DNA from: Macrostomum lignano
Taxonomy: Eukaryota
Reading direction: 5' to 3'
Assembly (NCBI GenBank): GCA_002269645.1
Contig: NIVC01003246.1
Location: forward strand, 45,215 to 109,214
DNA: 64,000 bases
Shown: piece by piece, positions 1 through 11,900 of the stretch
Layout: each line of letters starts with the position of its first letter
Numbering within the stretch: the first letter of the stretch is position 1
The notes under the pieces: generated by a model
What the model saw: only the letters and a program-made list of their open reading frames with translations
The model's database searches: none
What the model was told of the DNA's origin: nothing
Position numbers and translations under genes: made by a program

Positions 1-2
1 GC

Positions 3-746
3 CAGGCGGGCCCGAACGGCGCAAACTCGCTGCCCGTCAGCGCCTCCTACACCGGCTTCGGCGGCAGCGGCGGCCAGCCGGGATTCACGGACACCAGCCG
101 GGGTAATTATCACGGCGGCCCGGGCGCCGGCTGGCTGGGCCGCGGCAACATGACTAGGAAGTCGATTAACCACGGCGACAGGTGAGATGGAGGCGTCATG
201 GCGCACGGTTTCCCTTCAACAGTGTCACAGAATGCCGGCATTTGCTGAAATGCCTAATCGAAGGCGTCAGATAAGGCTGGATTTCCCTTCATCATTGTCA
301 GGAGGCTGGATTTCCCTTCATCATTGTCAGGAGGCTGGATTTCCCTTCATCAGTATTAGGAGGCTGGATTTCCTTCATCATTGTCAGGAGGCTGGATTTC
401 CCTTCATCAGTATTAGGAGGTTTGAAATTCCTATTCATCAATGCGCATCTTCGCGGACCCGCAGAGGCGGCGGTCTCGCCGAAGGCTGGGTCGGCGGCGT
501 CGCCGGCTCGAAGAACTCCGGTGCCGTCGGCGGCTTCGGCGGCGGCGGCGGCGGCTCGCAGTCGAACGGCGCCAGTGGCGGCGGCGGCGGCTTCAGCGGC
601 GCGGAGCCGGGCTGTACTTTGGCTACACCGGCGGCGGCGGCGGCTCCTTCTGCGGCGGCGTCGGGTGCGCCAGCCAGACAGGCGGCAACGCGGACAGCGA
701 CCAGGGCTCGGTGGTCTTTGAGCTCAGGGGCCTGGGCGCCTGCTGA
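3..746 (+). CDS. C-terminal part of an ALK/LTK-type glycine-rich domain protein (gene enters from the left; 2 exons visible; one apparent frameshift)
   Basis: Exon 3-181 (QAGPNGANS...GGPGAGWLGRGNMTRKSINHGD), donor AG|GTGAG at 182, acceptor CGCAG| at 464, exon 465-746. The joined frame reads GGGLAEGWVGG...GGFGGGGGG...GGGGGFSG. A +1 shift near 600 then gives GAGLYFGYTGGGGGSFC...GNADSDQGSVVFELRGLGAC*. The pattern matches the ALK/LTK Gly-rich region (EGxxGG, GGFGGGGG, GGGGGYxGG). Confidence 0.6.
270..430. repeat. Intronic copy of the ~29-bp AGGAGGCTGGATTTCCCTTCATCATTGTC minisatellite
   Basis: About 5 tandem units inside intron 182-464; same family as the array at 1195-2105. Confidence 0.85.
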
Positions 747-1194
747 AGTGCAAGAGGGACGCGGCGGCCAACCGGCTGATCCTCCTGTGAACTGCGCTGC
801 AAAATGCATTGGCGAGATTGGGCAGCTTCAGCTTTTTACACCAAATTTACAAAAAATTTTACCAGGGAGATCTCGAAGTGTGCAGACTGGCGATGCTAAA
901 GTCAGGGCGTTTCCTACACGGATCTCTTGTGTTTGCTATCTTACATGAAGAGAATCCCGTTCATAAAAATAAACTGAAAAAACAGGAACAGCTGACATTT
1001 TCCCGAAACTTTGCATTCCTATTTGTCTCCGGAAGCAGGTTTTGAAAGCTTAAGAAATTGTGTTGGAACAAAACACTGAGCTCTACTTGCTTCATTTTCA
1101 TTTTTTTATTCTAGTAGCTGAGATATTGACTATTAGATTTTTAGAAACTGAAAGATTCCAGCCTATCAGCTCCTAACGGCCTTATTTATTCTCC

Positions 1195-2105
1195 TTCATC
1201 AATGTCAGGAGGCTGGAATTCTCCTTCATCGATGTCAGGAGGAGGCTGGAATTGTCCTTCATCAATGTCAGAAGGAGGCTGGAATTGTCCTTCATCAGTG
1301 TCAGGAGGCTGGAACTCCTCTTAATCAATGTCAGGAGGCTGGAATTCTCTTTCATCAATGTCAGGAGGCTGGAACTCCTCTTCATCAATGTCAGGAGGAG
1401 GCTCGAATTCCTCTTCATCAATGTCAGGAGGCTGCAATTCCCTTTCATCAATGTCAGGAGGAGGCTGGAATTCCCCTTCATCAATGTCGGGAGGAGGCTG
1501 GAATTCTCCTTCATCAGTGTCAGGAGGAGGCTGGAATTCTCCTTCATCAATGTCAGGAGGAGGCTGGAATTGTCCTTCATCAATGTCAGGAGGCTGGAAC
1601 TCCTCTTAATCAATGTCAGGAGGCTGGAACTCCTCTTAATCAATGTCAGGAGGAGGCTGAATTCTCCTTCATCAGTGTCAGGAGGAGGCTGGGATTCTCC
1701 TTCATCAATGTCAGTAGGAGGCTGGAATTGTCCTTCATCAGTGTCAGCAGGTGTCTGGAATTGTCCCTCATCAGTGTCAAGAGGATACTGGAATTCCCCT
1801 TCATCAGTGTCAGTAGGAGGCTCGAATTCCCTTTCATCAATGTCAGGAGGCTGGAATTCCCCTTCATCAATGTCGGGAGGAGGCTGGAATTCCCCTTCAT
1901 CAATGTCGGGAGGAGGCTGGAATTCCCCTTCATCAATGTCGGGAGGAGGCTGGAATTCCCCTTCATCAATGTCAGGAGGAGGCTCGAATTCCGCTTCATC
2001 AATGTCAGGAGGAGGCTCGAATTCCGCTTCATCAATGTCAGGAAGAGGCTGAAATTGTCTTTCATCAGTGTCAGTTGGAGGCTGGAATTGTCCTTTATCA
2101 TTCAT
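1195..2105. repeat. 27/30-bp minisatellite (TCAATGTCAGGAGGAGGCTGGAATTCCCCTTCA)
   Basis: About 30 tandem units; explains ORFs 1182-2105, 1252-2052, 1646-2101 and 1728-2123. Confidence 0.9.
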
Positions 2106-2624
2106 CCGTCAGGTTTTCTATGACATCTATAGGAGAAATTTCGTATACTATCTAATAGTCAGCAGAGGTCTTAAGGAGTTTTAAAACCGTTTTGTTTTAG
2201 TCAGAGTTTTGCATTTCAAAACAGCACACACGCCTGCATCACTTCTCCTGTCATGATCCAGCAATTTACGCGCAATACAGAATGCATCCATTAAGCCGTG
2301 CTCGGCCTCCCCAGACCCTCAGAGTTCCTCAGCTTTCATCACGGTCCACTTGAGCCAGCGTCTGCATGAGCTCTTGGTTGCTCAAAAACATTTCCTCATC
2401 CAGTAACTCAACTCTTTCCCCTGTTGCTGGCGCGCTCGGCCGGAACTGAAAAAAACTCGTACTTGAGCACGACTCGGAGCTGCGGGGGACGGCTGGTTGT
2501 GTAAATCCGCATGTCCTTATAGATCGTATGGAAGAAAGGCGGAGCAGTCGATCTGTATGAAGGATCAACGTTTCTGAGTTTGTGTCAATAGAGTTGGAAG
2601 CTGTGTTTTGGGGTGTCAGAAAAG

Positions 2625-2940
2625 TAGAGTACTGTCCATAGTAAAGTGCAGTAAAGTTGTGTGTCCACAGTTTAGTACAGTAGAGTTATGTGTCCACAGT
2701 AAAGTACAGTAGAGTTATGTGTCCACAGTAAAGTACAGTAGAGTGATGTGTCCAAAGTTAAGTAATTTGTGTCAGCAGTAAAGTACATGTAACCTGTGTA
2801 CACAATAAATTACAGTAATGTTATGTCTACAGTAAAGTACCTGTGTCCACAGTAAAGTACAGTATCCACAGTAAAGTACAGTAATATGTCCACAGTAAAT
2901 TTGTGTCCACAGTAAAGTAATTTGTGTCCACAGTAAAGTA
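2625..2940. repeat. Degenerate minisatellite (GTGTCCACAGTAAAGTACAGTA-type units)
   Basis: Repeated CCACAGTAAAGTA cores with variable spacing. Confidence 0.8.
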
Positions 2941-3499
2941 CACTCGTATCTGTCACAGCACAAAGCCGGCATAAAATCGTTCAAAAGCGCATCAAAGGAG
3001 CGGTCAGGCGCAGTCAAAGGCCCGAGCCGCTCACCTACCCCTTCCAATTTCAGTCCGTTGCCATTGGTTACGGGGGGCGCTATGAGCGCTAATTAAAGGA
3101 CTCGCAGCACTGTGTGGCCTAGCGGCTGCCGGGAGAATCTCAGCGGGCGGGAGAGCAAACTGAGTCAAAAGGAAAGAAAAGAATTGAAAGAGGGAAGCGC
3201 AGAGGCACGGGGGGGGGGCAGGATTGGGTGTCAGTCACGCCCAGCTTCTGCCCTTCATCCACCTCCGCGTATGCATGAATGCCGGCGTGCTGCTCAAACT
3301 CAGGCCCTTTCAGCTTTGCGGTCTGGGATGCTGGGCCGGACTGTACTTGACTGGCAGGGAATCGCAAATTCAAAACTGCTTTTAGGGGCGTTGGGGAAGG
3401 GGGTTAGGGTCGCGCACCGCTCTGTCTCTCTCCTGCTTGCCCTGCCTGCGGCCTCCTCTGCTGCTCCGTGCTTCTCGCTGACGCCGGCCTCCACCTTCT

Positions 3500-3790
3500 C
3501 TCCTTTCTTCTCCTCTCATCTTCTCTCCCATCTTTTCTTTCCCATTTCTCGTGGCTCATGTCTGAACTCTCATCTTCAATGTCTTATGTCTCTTGAATCT
3601 TATCTCTTTTATAATCTCTCCTCTTCCATCTCCCTTCTTCGATCCTCTCTCCTCTCTTATCTCTCCTCTCTCATCTCTCCTCTCTCATCCCCCCTCTCTC
3701 CTCTTTCATCTGTCTTCTATCATCACTACTCTCTCATCTTTATCCTCTCTCCTCTCTCATATCCCCTCCCTTATTTCTCCTCTCATCTGT
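3500..3790. repeat. CT-rich low-complexity tract
   Basis: Pyrimidine-rich (CTCTCCT/CTCATC) sequence. Confidence 0.75.
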
Positions 3791-3976
3791 CCTTGCAGAA
3801 AAAAATGAAGTCGCAAAAATTCGCAGAAGGCCCAACAAAAATTTTGAATAAGAATCTGCAAGCCGAAAAGCTATAAAAAGTCAATAAAAAAGGTTAACTG
3901 CATTTATTGCATTGAAACACAGTGGAATTTCGGTGTCTAACTAAGCTAAACAAAAACTTGCAATCCGCGAACGGGA

Positions 3977-4028
3977 GATCACGTGATCGCGCGAGTCCGT
4001 GCGAGTGTGCAGCTGCAGATCACGTGAC
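3977..4028. promoter_or_regulatory. Two extended palindromic E-boxes (GATCACGTGATC; GATCACGTGAC) in a short CpG-rich island
   Basis: GATCACGTGATC at 3977-3988 and GATCACGTGAC at 4018-4028, flanked by AT-rich DNA; target gene not identified. Confidence 0.35.
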
Positions 4029-4689
4029 TGCAAATGGCAATAAAAGCGCCGCAATAACCTGGACTCCTGTAGCGCAGGCGCGCAGCGAGCAATAAACAAG
4101 TCGAGTGACAAAAATGGTTAAAAACAGTGAATAAAACACTCGGTGAAACACTTGAGATTATTTGAAGAAATAGTGACTCAATAAGAAGTGTTTAAACAAA
4201 AAAGCTATCGACTTAAACAGAAAAGTGCAAAAATGGAATGCTCAGGCGGCTGAGTTATTGATTTTTTTGTTAGTCTAAAAATGAAGTATTGAAAATCACA
4301 AGTTATTTATTAGTATCGAATGCAGAGCTGCTGAGTCTATAGAAAAACTATTACAAACCTTGTCAGTTAGTGAAGTGCCCAGAGGCACCCAGCCAGGTTA
4401 ATGAAATTCTCAGATCGAGTCTTCCACTGCTAGGGGATTACTCGTAAAAGGCCGATATGGGAATTTTCCCAATAGGATATTAGCGGCCCACGCATAGAGA
4501 AATCTCAATACATGAGCACGAAATAGCAATTTCTATAATGAATTAACTATTGGACACGAAGCATGTCAGTGCGGTGCAGAACATAATGGGAATATTTTAT
4601 CAATGCCCTTTCTTGAATAATTGTTTCAACAAGCTTCAGGCCTCGGGGGTTTGGGCTTCAACAAGTGAATTAAAGATTAAAATTTACGC

Positions 4690-5065
4690 TTGGGAGGACA
4701 TTGGGGGGTCAAATTTGGGAGGACATTTGGGGGGGTCAAAGTTGGGAGGACATTGGGGGTCAAAGTTGGGAGGACATTGGGGGGTCAAAGTTGGGAGGAC
4801 ATTGGGGGGCTCAAATTTGGGAGGACATTGGGGGCTCAAATTTGGGAGGACATTGGGGGGTCAAATTTGGGAGGACATTTGGGGGGGGTCAAATTTGGGA
4901 GGACATTGGGGGGTCAAACTTGTCAGGACATTGGGGGGGGCAAATTTGGGAGGACGTTGGGGGTCAAAATTGGGAGGACATGCGGGGGGGGGGTCAAATT
5001 TGGAGGACATGGGAGGTCAAATCGGGAGTGGAAGTTCGGAGGTCGAGTTGGAAATAACATTGGGG
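4690..5065. repeat. G-rich ~24-bp minisatellite (GGGGGTCAAATTTGGGAGGACATT) just downstream of the PAQR stop
   Basis: About 15 tandem units; explains ORFs 4550-5863, 4690-5082 and 4701-5057. Confidence 0.9.
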
Positions 5066-5101
5066 ATCAACTTAGACCTTAGGAGAGGACATCGGGGGTC
5101 A

Positions 5102-6510
5102 TCAATCGGAGCGTTTCTTCCCGCAGCCACCGCCGCCGCCTGCGGCCGCCAGCCGCCGCACCCGCAGGCTGTAGCGCAGGACGATGCCGCAGGCGCAGGC
5201 GGCCACCAGGCCGGCGCTGACCAGCATGGGCAGCCAGGGAGGCGGCGAGGTCAGCAACGGCCGACGATCCCGAAGGTCGAAGCGCAGCGCGGCGATCTGG
5301 TCGGCGGTGCCCATGCAGCCGGCCAGGTGGAACAGCTGGTGCGAGTGCCCGACGATGTCGAATGCGCCGGGCCAGAGGCGCTCCGGCAGGTGCGTCAGGT
5401 AGAGGAAGGCCATCGCCAGCACCAGCCACAGCTGGCGGCGCCAGTGCGGCAGCGACGCCTCGTCGGAGTTGGCGGCCGCAGCGGCCAGGCGGGCAAGCAC
5501 CGGCAGGTTGGCGATGAGGCAGGCGAGCACGAAACCCGAAAGGCGGAGCACCTGCCGGCTCAGGGATCTGGGGGGATATTTTTGGGATTATATCTCGTAA
5601 AGTGTTGGCTATTCGGTACAGGTGGGATTTCGGTTCTTACGGATGGGATCTCGGTTCTTACGAATGGGATCTTGATTCTTACGGATGGGATCTCCGTTCT
5701 TAGGGATAGGATATCGATTGTTACGGATGGGATATCGATTCTTACGGACGGGATCTCAACTCTTTTTGATGGGATCTTGATTCTTTTTGATGGGATCTTG
5801 ATTCTTTTTTATGGGATCTTGATTCTTTTTGATGGGATCTTGATTTTTTTGATGGGATCTTGATTCTTTTTTATGGGATCTTGATTCTTACGGATGGGAG
5901 GTTGGTGATTACAGGTGGGAGTTTGATATCTAAGAGCTGAATTTGATGTCGGAGCTCTCAAATTCGGAGAGCACCTGGGCATGAACCTGGTCCGACAGGA
6001 GGTCCAGACTCCCCATATGGCGGTGGCGGTGGAGGCGGCCAGAAGCAGCAGCTGAGGCGCGGGCGCCATCATGTGGCCGGGCAGAGAGTAGGCCGAATAG
6101 GCGCAGGTGGCGCAGTGCCCGTAGAAGGCGATGGCCGCGTAATCAATGAAGAAGCAAACGTCCCGGGCCTCCCTGGACAGCACGTTGAACATGTGCGCCA
6201 GCGCGGAGGCCAGCGGGTACAGCACCGAGGCGAGCAGGAAGAGGTACAGCGGCCAGACGGCCGGGTCTGAGACGCCGAACTCGCTGACGGCGCCGACGGC
6301 CATGGACAGGAAGGCCAGCGAGCCCAGCAGGTGGCTCCAGACATTGAGGGTCTCGTTATTCCAGCTGAAGATGCTGCGGACGCACTGCGCCACCGAGCTG
6401 CTGACTGGCCGGTAGCCCGATAGGATGAAGACCTCCTTGAAGTGGCCCGGCACCTCGTGGTGGCGCAGGACGGCTGGCTTCAAGTAGGCGGCCTGCATTG
6501 ACGCGGGCAT
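5102..6510 (-). CDS. PAQR family (progestin/adipoQ receptor, mPR-gamma/PAQR5-6-like) 7-TM protein, 2 exons
   Basis: Exons 6510-5975 and 5567-5102 join in frame (FMPR|[11 protein letters not shown]) across a GT..CAG intron. Motifs: [44 protein letters not shown]. Confidence 0.92.
5620..5900. repeat. 21-bp minisatellite (GATGGGATCTTGATTCTTTTT) in the PAQR intron
   Basis: Tandem units between acceptor 5568 and donor 5974. Confidence 0.85.
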
Positions 6511-8935
6511 GGGGCAAGTCGGTAGGTTGTGGCCATGGCACGCGAGTTTAAATTGGTGGACAAATAATTATTCAGCAGCCATAAACACAATGCCCATATG
6601 GGGTAAATTTTTCATGCTTTTTTCGAACAAGCTGCCCATTTTAAACAAGCAAAATATTTTTTTCAAAACTGGTTAAACAATATTTTAATCCATTGCACAT
6701 AGATAGAAATGTTGCAATTAGTAACATCAAATTAGTTGCTTATAAAGCTACATGATTAAATAAAGTAGAAATCCTAACCAGATAAATTATTCCTAAAATA
6801 AACTGAAAATTTGTAGCAGCTACATCAACTGAAAAATCTCAAAATTGCATTGCTCAGAGGAATCAGAGGCTAAATCAAAAAGCTAAATTCTAAAAGCTAA
6901 AATGTGCATGTGTTTTAATAAATAAGACTTAAAGCTAAACATAATTTATGATAGCTGAATATTTGCTTAGCTATAAAGGCGGTGGCTTATTAGTCATCAG
7001 GGTAAACTAAATTTCATTATTTTTTTCCTTATATGCTTGTAAAAAGTTGCTTCTTTGAACATTCTGGTGGGATTGCAGCACAAAAAATACACATTGACAG
7101 CGAATTCAATAAAAATCACATTTCTTGTCACCATCATAGATAAAGAGATCACTATTTATGTCGTTTGAATATGAAAATAAAATGTTTCAAGAAAAATTAC
7201 AGCTTTATATTTTCTATAATAGCTTTGTTTTATTCGATATAAACACAGTCTATGTCAGAGTTGCAAGCAAGGCATTATATTTCTAATTTGATCTGTGTAT
7301 AATAATCACAAGGACTACTTAAGTTATAAAAGTTATAACTTTAGAGCCTTGAGTAGTAGTTCTCAGAAAAATCAGCTTAGAAAGTGAAACTAAAAAATAA
7401 AGCTTTGCTTGATAACAATTTTATCTTTAGTTTAGATCAAAATTATGTAAAAATGAAAACTTATTGATCATTAGCACTTGCTGAAGCTTTTTTATTTTGC
7501 ATAATTATTGGTGTAATAGTTATTGATTTGTTTAAACTAATAAAAAACGAGGAAAAAGAAAATAAAAAGAATCCGGCGCTTTAAATTGAAATATTAAGTA
7601 TGTACAACAAGGAAAAGAAAATTAATCAGCTTAATAAACTTAATAAGCTTTAACCTTTCTGAAAAACTAGCTTTTCTTTCTAAAAAAATCAAAACACTTG
7701 GAAGTTGTCTTTCTGACTACTAGTGTCTTTGATAGGAAACAAGCCATAAAAATTTCTACACAAAAGCCCACAGAAAATACGAGTCGAATCCTTCGATCTA
7801 CTGAAGCCGTCTTTGTCTAGACTATAGTGTATGTTAAGGGTTATGTTTTTTACGAATTTTTCATCTAAATATGTACGCGATTCTAGTAGATTATTTAAAG
7901 AAAAAAAATTCTACTTAGCGCTGCATTGCATTAAAAGTAAACTCTTACCTAATAAATTTTTCAGCGTTTGAAACACTGGGCATTGACAGCCACTTTTGAC
8001 AGCTTGACAGCAAAATGCTACTGTATAGCGCAGCCGAGAATGATTCCAAATTGTCAATTCATTTCAATAATTTTCAAATTGGCAATCAATTGTTACGATA
8101 AAAAGCTCATTTACAAAGCAATGTTTTACAAAGACTAAACAGTTGATTATTGATGAAAATGGGCACATTTTATTGAAAATAAGTTAACATTCTGAATAAT
8201 TAACATTCAAAGCGCATTGGGCTAAGTTACAATTGCAGTAATGCCGTAACTTAAAGGACACGAGACGCGCCTGGTAGTGGTAATTGTTAGTGCATACAAT
8301 GTACATCAAAGCATTAGTTAGTCAGCTGATGTTGATTAATATTTTTAAACAGTCACGGTATTTTTTAACGAGGCCAACAAAGTTCAAAATAGCCACGGAA
8401 TGGTGCACTATTAATTTGATTACGGAATAATAAGCTGAGCTATTTTTCAGCAACAGACGATTTGCGAAAGCTGGAATCAATTTTTTTTCTGCAACCGAGT
8501 GCTGACGGGAAAGCAGAGCAGCAGGCATTTCGTAAGAATGAAGAATTATTAATACAAATACACTGAATAACTGAAAATAATATTTTTAGATAATCTACAA
8601 ACAAAAAAATCCCGAACGCGTACTAACCTACTTACAGCAGTGTGCAAAGAAATTTGCAAATATATTGGCAAAATGAAAGCAAACACAGGAGTGGCATTAA
8701 TAGTTTTTATCCAACTATCATGTCTGATTGCAAGAGAAATTTCTAACCGAGTGCAAGACTGATTGGTGCGGCCCGGCCTGGGCTCGAGAAATAAGCATTG
8801 AGCATTCATTCAAGTATTGTAACTGATTGATTGAATTGAGAGAAGTACAAAAAATGACTCGAATAATTTATGTTGCTTTCGACTGAGACTCGGCCAGGAG
8901 TTGCCGTTAGGATGGCATGCGGCGGGTGAGTCACT

Positions 8936-11900
8936 TCAGGTGCTTTCACTGACGCATTGCCTGAAGTTATATTTCAAGAGGCTCCAAATTACTGAATGGG
9001 AATTGGACTTAGGGGATGCACAGACCTGACAACTAAGGCCTAAGAGAATGGGATCATTGGGATTGGGATCAATGGGATCTAAAAGATTGGGGGGATCAAT
9101 GGGATCTAAGTGATTGGGGTCAATGGGATTTAAGTGATTGGGATCAATAGGATTTAAGTGATTGGGATCAATGGGATCTAAGTGATTGGGATCAATGGGA
9201 TCTAAGTGATTGGGATCAATGGGATCTAAGTGATTGGGGATCAATAGGATTTAAGTGATTGGGGATCAATGGGATCTAAGTGATTGGGATCAATGGGATC
9301 TAAGTGATTGGGATCAATAGGATTTAAGTGATTGGGATCAATGGGATCTAAGTGATTGGGATCAATGGGATCTAAGTGATTGGGATCAATAGGATTTAAG
9401 TGATTGGGATCAATGGGATCTAAGTGATTGGGGATCAATGGGATCTAAGTGATTGGGGATCAATGGGATCTAAGTGATTGGGGATCAATGGGATCTAAGT
9501 GATTGGGATCAATGGGATCCAAGTGATTGGGATCAATGGGATTTAAGTGATTGGGGATCAATGGGATCTAAGTGATTGGGATCAATGGGATCCAAGTGAT
9601 TGGGATCAATGGGATTTAAGTGATTGGGGATCAATGGGATCTAAGTGATTGGGATCAATGGGATCTAAGTGATTGGGATCAATGGGATCTAAGTGATTGG
9701 GATCAATGGGATCCAAGTGATTGGGATCAATGGGATTTAAGTGATTGGGGATCAATGGGATCTAAGTGATTGGGATCAATGGGATTTAAGTGATTGGGGA
9801 TCAATGGGATCTAAGTGATTGGGGATCAATGGGATCTAAGTGATTGGGATCAATGGGATCTAAGTGATTGGGATCAATGGGATCCAAGTGATTGGGATCA
9901 ATGGGATTTAAGTGATTGGGATCAATGGGATCTAAGTGATTGGGATCAATGGGATCCAAGTGATTGGGATCAATGGGATTTAAGTGATTGGGATCAATGG
10001 GATCTAAGTGATTGGGATCAATGGGATTTAAGTGATTGGGGATCAATGGGATCTAAGTGATTGGGGATCAATGGGATCTAAGTGATTGGGGATCAATGGG
10101 ATCTAAGTGATTGGGATCAATGGGATCTAAGTGATTGGGATCAATGGGATCCAAGTGATTGGGATCAATGGGATTTAAGTGATTGGGATCAATGGGATCT
10201 AAGTGATTGGGATCAATGGGATCCAAGTGATTGGGATCAATGGGATTTAAGTGATTGGGATCAATGGGATCTAAGCGATTGGGGGATCACTGGGACCTGA
10301 CTAACTGTCATCGGACACCAGGAACCGCGGTGACTCACTTGACCTGCAGCAGGGTGCGGCACCGGCCCTGCAGCCGGCTGATCTTGTCGAACACCTTGAC
10401 CGCAGGCCCCAGCTTCAGGCCCAGGCCCGTCAGGACGTCCATCCGCTTCATCAGCATCAGCGAGGCGCCGTCGATCTCCTGCTCAACGCAGGCCTGCGCA
10501 GCCAGCGGGAAGCCTTCGCCGTCCAGCCAGCTGCGGACCTGCGCGATGCTCCACAGGCTGGCGTCGCCCGCCAGCTGCGCCTGCGACTCCTGCGGCGGTG
10601 GCTGCTGACCGGAGCTGAGGAATCATAATTGGTGGGGATTATGGATCATTGTAGCCTGAAGTTGAAAACCCATAAATCAGGGATCCCAAAGCCATAAATC
10701 AGGGACCCAAGAGCCATAAATCAGGGACCCAAGAGCCATAAATCAGGGACCCAAGAGCCATAAATCAGGGACCCAAGAGCCATAAATCAGGGATCCCAAG
10801 AGCCATAAATAAGGGATTCCGAAGCCCATAAGTCAGGGATCCCGAAGCCATAAATCAGGGATCCCAAGAGCCATAAATCAGGGACCCAAGAGCCATAAAT
10901 CAGGGACCCAAGAGCCATAAATCAGGGACCCAAGAGCCATAAATCAGGGACCCAAGAGCCATAAATCAGGGATCCCAAGAGCCATAAATAAGGGATTCCG
11001 AAGCCCATAAGTCAGGGATCCCGAAGCCATAAATAAGGGATCCCAAAGCCATAAATCAGGGACCCAAGAGCCATAAATCAGGGATCCCAAGAGCCATAAA
11101 TAAGGGATTCCGAAGCCCATAAGTCAGGGATCCCAAAGCCATAAATCAGGGATCCCAAGAGCCATAAATAAGGGATTCCGAAGCCCATAAGTCAGGGATC
11201 CCAAAGCCATAAATCAGGGATCCCAAGAGCCATAAATAAGGGATTCCGAAGCCCATAAGTCAGGGATCCCGAAGCCATAAATAAGGGATCCCAAAGCCAT
11301 AAATAAGGGATTCCGAAGCCCATAAGTCAGGGATCCCAAAGCCATAAATCAGGGATCCCAAGAGCCATAAATCAGGGACCCAAGAGCCATAAATCTGGGA
11401 TTCCGAAGCCCATAAATCAGGAATCTCATAAACCATAAATCAGGAATCTCATAAACCATAAATCAGGGATCCCAAAGCTCATAAATCAGGGATATCAAAA
11501 GCCATAAATCAGGGATCCCAAAGCCATAAATCAGGGATCCCAAGAGCCATAAATAAGGGATTCCGAAGCCATAAATAAGGGATTCCGAAGCCCATAAGTC
11601 AGGGATCCCGAAGCCATAAATAAGGGATCCCAAAGCCATAAATAAGGGATTCCGAAGCCCATAAGTCAGGGATCCCGAAGCCATAAATAAGGGATCCCAA
11701 GAGCCATAAATAAGGGATTCCGAAGCCCATAAGTCAGGGATCCCAAAGCCATAAATAAGGGATTCCGAAGCCCATAAGTCAGGGATCCCAAGAGCCATAA
11801 ATCAGGGACCCAAGAGCCATAAATCAGGGATCCCAAGAGCCATAAATAAGGGATTCCGAAGCCCATAAGTCAGGGATCCCGAAGCCATAAATAAGGGATC

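Noticed and set aside
2280-2568. Coding-like minus-strand segment (ELLDEEMFLSNQELMQTL...)
   Set aside because: Stops in all frames within ~100 codons and no recognisable domain; cannot support a gene call.
6482-6536. Out-of-frame upstream ATG overlapping the PAQR start (possible uORF)
   Set aside because: It is 26 nt upstream across a G/C run, so one missing base would make it an in-frame start; indistinguishable from the indel errors seen elsewhere.
6600-8900. Long AT-rich stretch; similar stretches at 55400-57300 and 62600-64000
   Set aside because: Consistent with UTR or intergenic DNA; no repeats, TIRs, RNA genes or credible ORFs seen by eye.
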